Positions 47,920 to 58,511 of a stretch of 64,000 nt of DNA are shown here, piece by piece. The translations under genes were made by a program, and so were the position numbers. The notes beneath the pieces are model-generated. The model did not search any database. It was given only the letters and a program-made list of their open reading frames with translations, and was not told the origin of the DNA. Each line of letters begins with the position of its first letter. The stretch's first letter is position 1. The DNA comes from Clostridium sp. CAG:793 (GTDB taxonomy: Bacteria; Bacillota; Clostridia; TANB77; CAG-508). The stretch spans positions 133,357 to 197,356 of the forward strand of contig HF993646.1 in the NCBI GenBank assembly GCA_000433915.1. Direction: 5' to 3'.

Positions 47920-48429
47920 ATGTTTATCTATAATTTTAAATTTGATAAAAGAAAATTTTCAAAGTTCATAATCGTTGTACTGACTCTTATTGCAGTTTCT
48001 CTTATAATTGCATCAGCATGTACTATTTATCAGGCTTCTGTTTCTGTAAAAAATGATAGCCTAGCTTCTATCAGTATATCAAATGATAATTTTACTGAAT
48101 TTTTAAAAGACTGTCATGAAAACATTGATTCTTATGTTGGATATAATGTTGAATTATCTGGATATGTTTATAGAATGAATGATTTTAATGATAGTCAATT
48201 TGTACTTGCTAGAACTATGATATTAGATTCATCTAATAATGCTGTTGTTGTCGGAATCCTTTCTGAATGTAATAATGCAGCAAACTTTAAAGATAATGAT
48301 TGGGTTAGTATTCATGGAGTTATTACTAAAGGATTTTATCATGGTGATATCCCAGTTGTTAAAGTAACTGATGTTCGTAAATGTGATAGGCCTGATGATG
48401 AATATGTATATCCACCAGGTATGGATTAA
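47920..48429 (+). CDS. TIGR03943/DUF1980-like membrane-anchored protein (degenerate)
   Basis: Start moved to 47920 (GGAGA 8 nt upstream). N-terminal TM and a C-terminal domain ending DDEYVYPP, as in that family. The Cys-Cys motif is not present. Confidence 0.6.
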   Translation: MFIYNFKFDKRKFSKFIIVVLTLIAVSLIIASACTIYQASVSVKNDSLASISISNDNFTEFLKDCHENIDSYVGYNVELSGYVYRMNDFNDSQFVLARTMILDSSNNAVVVGILSECNNAANFKDNDWVSIHGVITKGFYHGDIPVVKVTDVRKCDRPDDEYVYPPGMD

Positions 48430-49523
48430 TCATCTCTATCAAATATGCTTCTTAGTACTCCTTTATCGATCATTGGTGTGTATATTTCTTTTAGTACAAT
48501 TAAAAATATTGGACCTAAAATCATACCAGTTACTCCAATTATTTTATATCCTGTGAACATAGATATTAGAGTAAATACTGGATGAATCCCAATGTGTTTG
48601 CTTACTAGCTTTGGTTCTAAGAAATTGCGTACTGCTCCCATTATAGCCCATAATATAATTATTGCTATTCCAAGTTTTATATTTCCATTTAGAGCTTCTA
48701 TTATTGCCCATGGGGCCATTGCTGCTCCTGATCCTAATATCGGCAATGCATCTACAAATGATATTCCTATGCTTACTAATAGTGGAAATCCTACATTTAA
48801 TCCTAACATATTAAATATTGTAAATCCAATTAATGATATTATAAATGATATAAAAATTAGTGTTGCTTCTGCTTTTAAATAATGTCCAAGTTTTTGAATT
48901 ATTGCATGTAAATGCTTTGATATTTTCTTTGTCCATATATCTGGAAGATGATGCTCTAGTTGATCTATCATATAGATCTTGTCTGTACACATAAAGTATA
49001 ATGCAATAAAGCCAAATACTATTGACATTACAAGATTAGGAATCTTTAATATCCAATCTTTTATTCCAACTAGTATATTCGTTATCCCATTATTTATTGA
49101 TTCGAACAATTGTTTTTGTGCATTTTGCATACTTGATAATATCTCTGATGGTAGCTTTTGCGTTAATGTTTGGTTCTGGGTAAATTGATTTATTAATTCT
49201 TGTATTTTTTGATAATATTCATTTGAATTTGACAATAAATTACTAGCTTCATTAAATAGTGTTATTGTTCCCCAAGCTATAATTGAAAAGATAATTATTA
49301 TAGATATAGTTATGACTATAATTGAACTTGCTCGTCTTGTCCATTTGCATTTTTTCATAAAAAATTTTATTATTGGTTCGAAAAAAAGAGCTAATACAAA
49401 GGCTATTAAAAATGGTAGATAAAAGACAGATAATTTTAAGATTATAAATAAGAGTAATAGCGTAAGTATAAGACTGAAAATTCGCTTCGCTACTTTGCTC
49501 CAATAATTCATATCTGTAACCAT
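48426..49523 (-). CDS. AI-2E family transporter, YtvI-like
   Basis: 365 aa with about 8 TM segments and GGAGAA SD. The family-typical C-terminal PILGSGAAMAPW..G block is present. Confidence 0.8.
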   Translation of the reverse strand: MVTDMNYWSKVAKRIFSLILTLLLLFIILKLSVFYLPFLIAFVLALFFEPIIKFFMKKCKWTRRASSIIVITISIIIIFSIIAWGTITLFNEASNLLSNSNEYYQKIQELINQFTQNQTLTQKLPSEILSSMQNAQKQLFESINNGITNILVGIKDWILKIPNLVMSIVFGFIALYFMCTDKIYMIDQLEHHLPDIWTKKISKHLHAIIQKLGHYLKAEATLIFISFIISLIGFTIFNMLGLNVGFPLLVSIGISFVDALPILGSGAAMAPWAIIEALNGNIKLGIAIIILWAIMGAVRNFLEPKLVSKHIGIHPVFTLISMFTGYKIIGVTGMILGPIFLIVLKEIYTPMIDKGVLRSIFDRDD

Positions 49524-49583
49524 TTTGTTCTCCTTCGCATTAGCTGTTATTATTATATGCTGGATTTTGGTTTTTATACGTTT

Positions 49584-50900
49584 TTATTTTCGAATATATA
49601 TATCTTTTTGTGTATATTCATCAGGCTCTAATCCTAGTCGTGTACTCATGTATAAAGCTAAGATAAATGTTACAATTATTAATATAACTCCTGCTGCAAT
49701 TATTGCAATGTCAACATTGCATATTGTTAATATTAATGATCCTATTCCTGTAATGAATGTTCTCCATAAATTGTCTGACATTGATTTTGCTGCATATATT
49801 GATGATATGACTTTATGATTTGCAAAATTGTTCATGTATTTTTTTGCTAGTATTTGCTCTATTGCATTTATTCCTCCCATAGTTAATATGCATATTACTA
49901 TTACAGTTAGTTTGATTGGGAAGCTTATATTTAGTATTGCCATGATTCCACACATAATCATTCCAAATGAGAATATTAGTAGTATATTTGTTAATGATTT
50001 GTTACCAAATGCTTGATTAAATTTTGGTGCTAATCTTGAGAATATTGCTCTTGATATTTCATACATTGCAAATACTATTCCTATTATGAATGATGATGTT
50101 CCTATGTCTTGTAACAATGCTAATTGATATACATCTATTAGTGTTATTATTCCCCAGGCAACTCCTGTTGTTAATAATAATGCACGCAATCTTTTTGAAT
50201 TTACTGTGAATTTCATTGCTTGTTTAAATTCTTTTAAATAATCTTTTAATATTATTTTGTTTTTCTTAGGCTCTTCAATATCTGAAAAATTAAATGCTAT
50301 AAATGTTGCAATTAGGCAACTTACTAAACATAAGCATATTGGAATATATGGATTTACATCATATATATATCCTGCAAATACTGTTGTTGCTGCTGACATA
50401 AAACAATATCTTGAATATGCTACTTTGTCTATTTTAGTAAATGTATCACTTGCATTCTCGCCTTCTGGAATTGATGATGATAGGATATTTGCATCTGATA
50501 CATTTTTTAAAGCTAATCCTACAGCACTTATAAATTGGGCTATTGTTAATCCTATAAAGTTATTTATGAAAAACATGGATATCATGCATAAACAGTTGAA
50601 TATGTTTCCTAGTATTGCTCCATATTTTTTTCCTACTTTAGTTACTATCAATGTTGCTGGTAGCTGTAATGCTACTGTAAATATTGCATATAGTGATGAT
50701 GATAGCATTATTTGTGCATTTGTGAATCCTTTTACTTGTGAGAAAAACATTACTCTTATTCCATAAAAGAATAATAGGTCAAATCCCATCATTATATATA
50801 TTGGATATAATTTCATGTTGTGTTTTCTTCTTTTAGCTAAAATTTGTTCTTTTTCATTAGCTTTTTCTTCTTTTGTTTTTAATTTCTTTTCAGAATCCAT
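49584..50900 (-). CDS. MFS transporter
   Basis: 438 aa with a 12-TM pattern. Confidence 0.8.
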   Translation of the reverse strand: MDSEKKLKTKEEKANEKEQILAKRRKHNMKLYPIYIMMGFDLLFFYGIRVMFFSQVKGFTNAQIMLSSSLYAIFTVALQLPATLIVTKVGKKYGAILGNIFNCLCMISMFFINNFIGLTIAQFISAVGLALKNVSDANILSSSIPEGENASDTFTKIDKVAYSRYCFMSAATTVFAGYIYDVNPYIPICLCLVSCLIATFIAFNFSDIEEPKKNKIILKDYLKEFKQAMKFTVNSKRLRALLLTTGVAWGIITLIDVYQLALLQDIGTSSFIIGIVFAMYEISRAIFSRLAPKFNQAFGNKSLTNILLIFSFGMIMCGIMAILNISFPIKLTVIVICILTMGGINAIEQILAKKYMNNFANHKVISSIYAAKSMSDNLWRTFITGIGSLILTICNVDIAIIAAGVILIIVTFILALYMSTRLGLEPDEYTQKDIYIRK

Positions 50901-51020
50901 TTTACTTTTGTTCCTTATATATATTTAGGTTTTTACTAATTAGGTTACCTATAAACCTATAAATATTATGTCTCTTTTGCTAATTTTATATAAACATTTT
51001 ATTTTTGTCAATGGGCCTTT

Positions 51021-51749
51021 TTATGCTTCTTCTGGATATGGCATATCAAAATAACTGTTTCTATTTTGCACCCCGCCTATTCTTGGCATTGGTCCATACA
51101 TATGTGGACGTGGTTGTGGTGGTGGTGGAAGCGGCATTGGCCTATTAGGTGACATTGGTGGCATTGGTGGTGGTAGAATTGGTCTATTTCCATATAGTTT
51201 ATTTAATATCATTATTTTTATTAAATCTCTTAATAATGGGTTAGAGCATCCTGGACATGGAGCTGCTACTTCTACTGCTTTTTCTTCTTTTTTATTTATT
51301 GTATTAGCTTGCGTTATATTGCTTGATACTTGTTTACTTTGATATTGTGGCTGCATATTGTTTTTATTATTCAAATTTTGTGCATTGTTTGAATTAGATG
51401 TATATAATTTATGTGCATTTAGTCCTGAATTTTGATTGTCCTTTAATAAATTGTTTTCTGAGCTTTTTGTCTTTGATGGTTCTTCTACTTCTAAAGCATT
51501 ATAAATGTCTAATGTCATTTTTTCTAAAGTATCATTGTCTAAGTTATTCGTATTATACCTTTCTAATGTTGTATCTATCATTGGTAATATTACTATATAT
51601 ATGTCTGGATATAATTTTCGTATATTCGAATCATTTTCAAATTGCATTTGAGGATATATGTAGCTATTATTTATTGAATTCCAGCTTGACATTTGTGCCT
51701 GTTGATAATCATTTCCTAGTACATTTCTCATATAGTCTTCATAAATCAT
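51021..51749 (-). CDS. hypothetical protein with an Asn/Gln-rich centre and a Pro-rich C-terminus
   Basis: Start moved to 51749 (GGAGG 7 nt upstream). The C-terminus reads PILPPPMPPMSPNRPMPLPPPPQPRP. Confidence 0.65.
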   Translation of the reverse strand: MIYEDYMRNVLGNDYQQAQMSSWNSINNSYIYPQMQFENDSNIRKLYPDIYIVILPMIDTTLERYNTNNLDNDTLEKMTLDIYNALEVEEPSKTKSSENNLLKDNQNSGLNAHKLYTSNSNNAQNLNNKNNMQPQYQSKQVSSNITQANTINKKEEKAVEVAAPCPGCSNPLLRDLIKIMILNKLYGNRPILPPPMPPMSPNRPMPLPPPPQPRPHMYGPMPRIGGVQNRNSYFDMPYPEEA

Positions 51750-51793
51750 AAAAATACCTCCTGGCATACAATATGCCAGAAGATACAATTATG

Positions 51794-53203
51794 TTACAAT
51801 TTATATACTTCTTCTTTGAATTTATTTCCTCTGTCTTCAAAATTTTTAAATAAGTCAAAACTTGCACTGGCTGGTGAGAATAATACTACTTCTCCTTCTC
51901 TTGCAACTTCTTTTGCTTTGTTTACTACTTCTTGTAGATTTAAGCATCTGTATATTGGCAAAGTTTTTCCTTCCTTTAGTAATTCATCTTTTACAGCCTT
52001 TTCAATTTTATCAGCAGTTGCTCCCATTAATATAAGTTTTGATACATTTTTTACAATTGGCTTTGCTATTGGTGCATAATCCAAATGTTTATCATATCCA
52101 CCAGCAATTAATACTATTTTTTCTTCAAATGAGTTTAATCCTGCTATTGTTCTTGTTGGGCTAGTTCCTATTGAATCATTAAACCATTTTACTCCATCTA
52201 TTTCTTTTACAAATTCTATTCTATGTTCTACTCCACCAAAGTTCTCTATTGTTGATACACATTTGTCTTCATTTACTAAGCCTAATGTGGCTGCTATTGC
52301 TGCACAAGCATTTTCACAATTATGCTCTCCTCTTAGTTTCATATCTTTTTGTTTTATTAGATGTTTTCTTACTCCATCTTCACAAAGCTTTATAGTTGAA
52401 TCTCTTTCGTCAAATATAACACCATTGTCTAGCAATTCTTTATGACTAAAATATCTAACTTTTCCTGGAGCGTCTTTATAAAATTCTTTTGTTATATCAT
52501 TATCTTTATTTATTACTAATATTCCTTTTTCATTCTGATGTAAATAGATTTCCTTTTTACTATCAATATATTCTTGATAATCTTTATGTACATTTAAATG
52601 GTTTGGAGATATATTTGTTATTACTGATATTTGTGGACTAACTTTCATGCCCATTAATTGAAAACTACTTAATTCAAGTACAACATAATCTTCTGGTTTC
52701 ATATCTTTTATTTGTGTAAATAGCGGTGTTCCAATATTTCCTCCTAAAAAACATGTATATCCTTGTGCTTTTAATATTGTATATATTAGTGTTGTTGTTG
52801 TCGTTTTTCCATCACTTCCAGTTACACCAATTATTGTACTTGGTGTAAGCTTTAGAACTTGCTCTATTTCTGATGTTACAATAGCACCTCTATTAGCTTC
52901 TTCTACTAGTTCTGGTGTTGTTGGTAAACAGCTTGGTGATCTAAATATATAGTCAAATCCTTTTAGATTTTTTAGGTTATCTTTGCCTAAATATGCTTTT
53001 ATATGATATTCTTGTAATTCATTTATTACATCTGAATCTATTTTGTCTTCTTCTCTATTATCAAATACTGATATAGAGCTTCCTAAGTCATGAAAATATT
53101 TTATTAGTGGTATATTACTTGTTCCAAGTCCTATTATAGCAACTCTTTTTTTAGAAATTTCTGTATTAAATTTTTGTAATTTTTCATTTATATATGTATC
53201 CAT
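51794..53203 (-). CDS. murD: UDP-N-acetylmuramoyl-L-alanine--D-glutamate ligase
   Basis: 469 aa with an N-terminal Rossmann-like VAIIGLGTSN motif and the GVTGSDGKTTTT P-loop. Confidence 0.92.
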   Translation of the reverse strand: MDTYINEKLQKFNTEISKKRVAIIGLGTSNIPLIKYFHDLGSSISVFDNREEDKIDSDVINELQEYHIKAYLGKDNLKNLKGFDYIFRSPSCLPTTPELVEEANRGAIVTSEIEQVLKLTPSTIIGVTGSDGKTTTTTLIYTILKAQGYTCFLGGNIGTPLFTQIKDMKPEDYVVLELSSFQLMGMKVSPQISVITNISPNHLNVHKDYQEYIDSKKEIYLHQNEKGILVINKDNDITKEFYKDAPGKVRYFSHKELLDNGVIFDERDSTIKLCEDGVRKHLIKQKDMKLRGEHNCENACAAIAATLGLVNEDKCVSTIENFGGVEHRIEFVKEIDGVKWFNDSIGTSPTRTIAGLNSFEEKIVLIAGGYDKHLDYAPIAKPIVKNVSKLILMGATADKIEKAVKDELLKEGKTLPIYRCLNLQEVVNKAKEVAREGEVVLFSPASASFDLFKNFEDRGNKFKEEVYKL

Positions 53204-53221
53204 TTTCTAGCCTCCATTATT

Positions 53222-53911
53222 TTATAGATTTATTAATCCTTTTTCTTTAGCAGTTTTTAATATCTTTTCAGCCGCTTCTTTAGCATTTTTACTTTCTGTT
53301 ACATCAACAGTTATTGTTTTAGCACCTTTTTTATTAAATCCTGATTGTTCATGTAGCTTATCTCTGCTTTCTATCATTTTTGTTATTTCTTCTACTGTAT
53401 ATTTTCCATTATATTGTGCATATCTTCTTTTAATTCTTTCTTCTAGTGATGCTGTTACAAACACATGACAATCCATATTAGGATATATATCTAATAATTC
53501 TCTTGCTGATACAATTATATTATATTTTTTCTTATATTGTTCAATTATATTTCTTGCAAATGTAAATAAATGTGAATTATCAGATGTATTAGCCATTTTT
53601 GATACTTCCACTGCATTATGTGCATTTTGTATAATATCCTCTGATATTTTGTTGCCAGCTATATATATTTCTGTCATTTTATTTTCTATTTTGAACTCAA
53701 CTTTTAATTTTTTCATTATCTCTAATGGATCTAAATCTTTTCCCATTTTAGTTGGCTCTATATGTGCTAATGCAAGTGCTTCTACTATTCCTCTGTATAT
53801 GTTTCCACCATCTATAAATATGCTATTTGGAATCATATTTACTAGCTCTTTGCATATAGATGTTTTTCCTGATGCAACTTGCCCTTCTATTCCTATTACT
53901 ATATTATTCAT
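53222..53911 (-). CDS. cmk: (d)CMP kinase-like protein
   Basis: Start moved to 53911. GIEGQVASGKTS P-loop and an IDGGNIYRG nucleotide-binding block. Confidence 0.65.
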   Translation of the reverse strand: MNNIVIGIEGQVASGKTSICKELVNMIPNSIFIDGGNIYRGIVEALALAHIEPTKMGKDLDPLEIMKKLKVEFKIENKMTEIYIAGNKISEDIIQNAHNAVEVSKMANTSDNSHLFTFARNIIEQYKKKYNIIVSARELLDIYPNMDCHVFVTASLEERIKRRYAQYNGKYTVEEITKMIESRDKLHEQSGFNKKGAKTITVDVTESKNAKEAAEKILKTAKEKGLINL

Positions 53912-53986
53912 ATATATTACTTCCTTTGCATTTATTTTCACGCTTATTATATAACAATTTATTTTTAATTACAACTTATTTATTAT

Positions 53987-54015
53987 GTATAATTGTAATT
54001 ATGTTGGAAATACTA
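53987..54015 (+). promoter_or_regulatory. forespore-type (sigma-F/sigma-G-like) promoter candidate: GTATA-14-GGAAATACTA
   Basis: Matches the B. subtilis-derived sigma-F consensus GYATA-N14/15-GGnnAnAHTR by eye. It lies 33 nt upstream of the ATG at 54048. Confidence 0.35.
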
Positions 54016-54047
54016 ATACCACATCATTTTGAATGGAGGTGTTAGCT

Positions 54048-54140
54048 ATGGCAAAGAATTCTAAAAAGCAAAAAAATTCTAGTAAAGGTACTAAATCCGG
54101 AAATAACGAATCTACACAAAATCCAGAAGTTAAAGAATAA
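54048..54140 (+). CDS. 30-aa hydrophilic basic peptide (MAKNSKKQKNSSKGTKSGNNESTQNPEVKE)
   Basis: GGAGG lies 8 nt before the ATG and a strong terminator follows directly. It is below the ORF-track cutoff. Confidence 0.5.
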   Translation: MAKNSKKQKNSSKGTKSGNNESTQNPEVKE

Positions 54141-54146
54141 TATAAT

Positions 54147-54184
54147 AAAAAGCTTATAGTAGTTTATCTATTATAAGCTTTTTT
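54147..54184. terminator. bidirectional terminator (small ORF and uvrA converge here)
   Basis: AAAAAGCTTATA, a 13-nt loop, TATAAGCTTTTT. Confidence 0.75.
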
Positions 54185-54226
54185 ATGTAATAGGAAAGTC
54201 TGGTTGGCTTTTCTATTTGTTATTAT

Positions 54227-57049
54227 TTATTTTTCTAAATATGGTTTTAAGAATTTGCCTGTATAGCTTCTTTCATTTAAACATATTTTTTCTGGAGTTC
54301 CTACTGCAATTATCTCTCCACCCTTGTCTCCACCTTCTGGTCCAAGGTCTATTATATAATCGCATGTTTTTATTAAATCTAAATTATGTTCAATTACTAA
54401 TACTGTATTTCCATTGTCAGCTAGTCTTTGTAAAATATCTACTAGTCTATGAACATCATCTATATGAAGTCCTGTTGTTGGCTCATCAAGTATATATAAA
54501 GTTTTGCCTGTTGATCTTTTTGACAATTCTGTTGCAAGCTTTATACGCTGTGCTTCTCCTCCTGATAGTGTTGTTGATGGTTGTCCTAATTTTATATATC
54601 CTAGACCTACATCGTATAATGTTTGTATCTTTTGCTTTATTCTTGGTACATTTTCAAAGAATGTAAGTGCTTCTTCAACAGTCATGTCTAATACATCTGC
54701 AATTGATTTTCCTTTATATTTTACCTCTAATGTTTCTCTATTATATCTTTTGCCTTTACATACTTCACAAGGTACATATACATCTGATAAAAAGTTCATT
54801 TCAATTTTTATTATTCCATCACCATGACAAGCTTCGCATCTTCCGCCTTCAACATTAAAACTGAATCTTCCTTTTTCATATCCTCTCATTTTAGCTTCAT
54901 TAGTTGTTGCAAATATGTCCCTTATAAAATCAAATACTCCTGTATACGTTGCCGGATTTGAGCGTGGAGTTCTTCCAATTGGTGATTGATCTATATTTAT
55001 TACTTTGTCTATATTTTCAATTCCTTTAATTTCTTTGCATTTTCCAGCTCTGTCATTTGATTTATTTAAAATCTTATTTACATTTTTAAATAGTACTTCA
55101 TTTACTAATGTACTTTTACCTGATCCAGATACTCCTGTTACACACACAAATTGTCCTAACGGTATTTTTACACTAATGTTTTTTAAATTATGCTCTGTTG
55201 CTTTTACTATTTCTAAATATTTTCCTGTAAGTTTTCTTCTATGCTTTGGAACTTTGATTTGCTTTCTTCCACTTAAGTATTGTCCTGTTATTGAATCTTT
55301 AACTTTTGATATTTCCTCTGCCGTTCCTTGAGCCATCACATTTCCACCATGTACTCCTGCTCCTGGTCCTATGTCAATTACTTGATCTGCTGCATACATT
55401 GTATCTGTATCATGCTCAACTACTATAACAGAGTTTCCTAAGTCGCGTAATTTCTTAAGTGTAGCTATTAATTTGTCATTGTCTCTTTGATGTAATCCTA
55501 TACTTGGTTCATCTAATATATACATTACTCCTGTAAGTCCTGATCCAATCTGAGTTGCTAGTCTTATTCTTTGAGATTCTCCTCCTGATAAAGTAGCAGC
55601 ACTTCTTGATAACGTTAAATAATCTAATCCAACATCTATTAAGAATTGAAGCCTTTTGTTTAATTCTTTAAGTATTTGATCTGCTATAATTGAGTCTTTC
55701 TCACTTAGTGTTAAACTATTTATATATTCTTTTATATGAATTATTGGCATATCTGTTAATTCATTTATATTTTTGTCTCCTACTTTTACTGCCAAAGATT
55801 CTGGTTTTAATCTTGCACCATGACAAGTAGGACATTCAGCCTCACTCATATACATTTCATAGAATTGCATCATTCCTTGTGATTTAGTTTCTCTATGACG
55901 TCTTTCTAGTGTAGGGATTACTCCTTCAAATGCGGTTTTCATTTTTCTTGTTCCAAATGGAGATGAATATTCAAAATCTATAAGTTCATCACCTGTACCA
56001 TATAATATCTTATCTAGGAATTTTCTTGGTAAATCTTTTATTGGCTTACTTATATCTACTCCATAATGCTTTCCAATAGCTTCAAAATACATCTTAGCCA
56101 TTGTCTCGCCTTTTTTCATTGTACTAGCTCCAAAAGCTTTTACTCCATTATATAGTGTAAGATTCTTATCTGGAATTATTAAATCTTCGTCCATCTTCAT
56201 CAAATATCCTATGCCTGTACATTCTGGACAAGCTCCCATAGGATTATTGAAAGAAAACATTCTTGGTGATAGCTCTTCAAAGCTTATTCCACAATCAGGA
56301 CAAGCATAATTTCCGCTATAAAGTCTCTCTTTTCCTCCAACTATATCTACTCTTACTAGATTGTCGGCATACTTCATTGCTGTTTCTATTGATTCTGTAA
56401 GCCTTGATCTTATATCTTCTTTGATCACTAATCTATCTATTAAAATATCAATGTCATGCTTTTTCTTTCTATCTATGTCAATATCATCTGTAAGTTCTTG
56501 CACTACACCATCTATTCTCGCACGTACAAAACCTTCTTTTTGATAATTTTCAATTAACTTTTTGTATTCGCCCTTTTTACCTCTTATTACTGGCGCTAGT
56601 ATTTGAATCTTAGTCCCTTCTTCAAGTTTCATAATACTATCAACTATTTGATCTATTGTCTGCTTTTCTATCTTTTTCCCACACTTAGGGCAATAAGGAA
56701 CTCCTATACGAGCATATAAAAGTCTAATGTAATCATATATTTCTGTGACGGTTCCTACTGTTGAACGAGGGTTCTTTGACGTTGTTTTCTGGTCTATTGA
56801 TATAGCAGGTGATAATCCTTCTATTGATTCTACATTGGGCTTATCCATAATTCCTAAGAATTGTCTTGCATATGATGATAAACTTTCTACATATCTTCTT
56901 TGTCCCTCTGCATAAAGTGTATCAAATGCTAGAGATGATTTTCCAGAGCCTGATAGTCCTGTTATTACTACTAATTTATCTTTTGGTATTGTAATATCAA
57001 TATTTTTTAAATTGTGTTCCTTTGCACCTTTTATTACTATATTGTCCAT
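54227..57049 (-). CDS. uvrA: excinuclease ABC subunit A
   Basis: 940 aa with two ABC ATPase modules ([18 protein letters not shown]; [16 protein letters not shown]) and zinc-finger Cys clusters. Confidence 0.97.
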   Translation of the reverse strand: MDNIVIKGAKEHNLKNIDITIPKDKLVVITGLSGSGKSSLAFDTLYAEGQRRYVESLSSYARQFLGIMDKPNVESIEGLSPAISIDQKTTSKNPRSTVGTVTEIYDYIRLLYARIGVPYCPKCGKKIEKQTIDQIVDSIMKLEEGTKIQILAPVIRGKKGEYKKLIENYQKEGFVRARIDGVVQELTDDIDIDRKKKHDIDILIDRLVIKEDIRSRLTESIETAMKYADNLVRVDIVGGKERLYSGNYACPDCGISFEELSPRMFSFNNPMGACPECTGIGYLMKMDEDLIIPDKNLTLYNGVKAFGASTMKKGETMAKMYFEAIGKHYGVDISKPIKDLPRKFLDKILYGTGDELIDFEYSSPFGTRKMKTAFEGVIPTLERRHRETKSQGMMQFYEMYMSEAECPTCHGARLKPESLAVKVGDKNINELTDMPIIHIKEYINSLTLSEKDSIIADQILKELNKRLQFLIDVGLDYLTLSRSAATLSGGESQRIRLATQIGSGLTGVMYILDEPSIGLHQRDNDKLIATLKKLRDLGNSVIVVEHDTDTMYAADQVIDIGPGAGVHGGNVMAQGTAEEISKVKDSITGQYLSGRKQIKVPKHRRKLTGKYLEIVKATEHNLKNISVKIPLGQFVCVTGVSGSGKSTLVNEVLFKNVNKILNKSNDRAGKCKEIKGIENIDKVINIDQSPIGRTPRSNPATYTGVFDFIRDIFATTNEAKMRGYEKGRFSFNVEGGRCEACHGDGIIKIEMNFLSDVYVPCEVCKGKRYNRETLEVKYKGKSIADVLDMTVEEALTFFENVPRIKQKIQTLYDVGLGYIKLGQPSTTLSGGEAQRIKLATELSKRSTGKTLYILDEPTTGLHIDDVHRLVDILQRLADNGNTVLVIEHNLDLIKTCDYIIDLGPEGGDKGGEIIAVGTPEKICLNERSYTGKFLKPYLEK

Positions 57050-57094
57050 AATTATACCTCATAATATTTTTATTTTAACCTGTATCGTTATTAT

Positions 57095-57108
57095 AAAACA
57101 TTTGTTTT
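57095..57108. promoter_or_regulatory. perfect palindrome AAAACA-TT-TGTTTT in the uvrA upstream region (weak SOS-box-like)
   Basis: Read directly from the sequence. It resembles the Firmicute LexA box GAAC-N4-GTTC, but with A and T replacing the outer G and C. Confidence 0.25.
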
Positions 57109-57134
57109 GTATTGTCAATACTATTTGTAGATAT

Positions 57135-57163
57135 TTACATTATTAATTATATTGTGCTATAAT
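57135..57163 (+). promoter_or_regulatory. sigma-A promoter (TTACAT-17-TGcTATAAT) for the ORF at 57188
   Basis: Read directly from the sequence. Confidence 0.5.
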
Positions 57164-57187
57164 TAGTAAAAATATTAGGAGGATTTT

Positions 57188-58498
57188 ATGAATAATAATA
57201 TTATTGAAGAAAATTCAGCTGATAGAATAGATTCTTTAAAATTTGAAGATTTGAATACTAAAGATCAATTGTCAAAGTTAGAATCTGTATATGGTGAATT
57301 GTCTAAAAAGTTTTTAGAAGAATATAATGATGATGTAATTCGTGGAAATTTATTTATATCTGATGTTTCTTTTGCCAGAACTTCTGATAATAGACCTATT
57401 TTTATTTTATCGATTGTTAGTAGAGATGGAAAAGAATTTACAAAATATTATGATAATGAATTAAATAAGATTGATATATGTCAAGAACAAATTGATGCTT
57501 TAAAAATTCTCAATGCTGACACAACAGATTTGCAAAAGGAATACGACGAGCTTAAAAGTTTAAATACTAGTCCTGATAAAGTTTCTTTAAAGGATTTAAA
57601 AGAAATTGACAATCAAATTTCAGCTACTTGTAAAGAAACTGGACTTTCAAAAGATGAAGTTGCTGATGCTGCTATAATTCAAGGTAATCAGCCTTTAAAA
57701 TTTGATACACGCAAACTTGGTGGAATCCAAAGTGAAACTATTAGTGGAAATGAGAAGGTAAGTACACATTATACTGTAAATAATGCTATTGGTCAGCAAT
57801 ATGTTTCTTATCAAATTATTAAAACTAATTCTGGCGTTCCTCTTATATTTGGAATTAATCAAGATGGTTCTGCTGAAGAGATTAGTTCTAAGAATTTTGA
57901 ATATATTAATGGTTCACAATCTTTAACTTTAATGAAAAGTAATGGTCAAGCAAGAGATGCTCACGTAGTATGTGCCTTTAGAATAAAATCTTCTAGTTCT
58001 ATTGATAATGATCAAGTTATTGGTATATGTAATGATGGAACTAATAAGATGTCTTCATTTTATGCACGTGGAGCTATATCAGCTGAGAAAATGGTTGGAA
58101 TTGATGTACCTGCAAAATCATATTCTGCTGGAACTCGAATCAGACAAGAAGAAATTATGGATACTAAGACTAATAGTGACATATCGCAAGAATCTGATTC
58201 TTTAAGTCATAGAACTTCATCAGGTAATGCCTTTGATTCTTCTAAAGCTGATCCTGACGAGGACAAATTACTTGATACTTATGCGTACATATATGGAGTT
58301 GATGTTGATGTTCTTGGGGAAGAAGCGGCTGAAAATTTCGAAAATCCTGAAAATTCAGATAAAGATTCTGAAGAAGTAATTGAGCAAACTGCTCAAGAAT
58401 TAGCAGATGAGCAAGATAATAAAGATAATAATCATCCTGATGGTAAAGAACATGATCGTCAGCCTGGTGGCAAAGGTCACGGTACACCTTGGGGTTAA
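57188..58498 (+). CDS. 436-aa hypothetical acidic protein
   Basis: AGGAGG SD. No signal peptide or TM segment, and no recognised domain. Acidic C-terminal third. Confidence 0.8.
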   Translation: MNNNIIEENSADRIDSLKFEDLNTKDQLSKLESVYGELSKKFLEEYNDDVIRGNLFISDVSFARTSDNRPIFILSIVSRDGKEFTKYYDNELNKIDICQEQIDALKILNADTTDLQKEYDELKSLNTSPDKVSLKDLKEIDNQISATCKETGLSKDEVADAAIIQGNQPLKFDTRKLGGIQSETISGNEKVSTHYTVNNAIGQQYVSYQIIKTNSGVPLIFGINQDGSAEEISSKNFEYINGSQSLTLMKSNGQARDAHVVCAFRIKSSSSIDNDQVIGICNDGTNKMSSFYARGAISAEKMVGIDVPAKSYSAGTRIRQEEIMDTKTNSDISQESDSLSHRTSSGNAFDSSKADPDEDKLLDTYAYIYGVDVDVLGEEAAENFENPENSDKDSEEVIEQTAQELADEQDNKDNNHPDGKEHDRQPGGKGHGTPWG

Positions 58499-58511
58499 AA
58501 TTTAGATATAT

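Noticed and set aside
54217-54858. Plus-strand ORFs inside uvrA (54217..54666, 54504..54827, 54667..54858, and others up to 56543)
   Set aside because: Leu/Phe-rich shadow frames opposite a highly conserved gene. The same applies to antisense ORFs within secA, the 1044-aa gene, murD, uvrB, mutL and the transporters.
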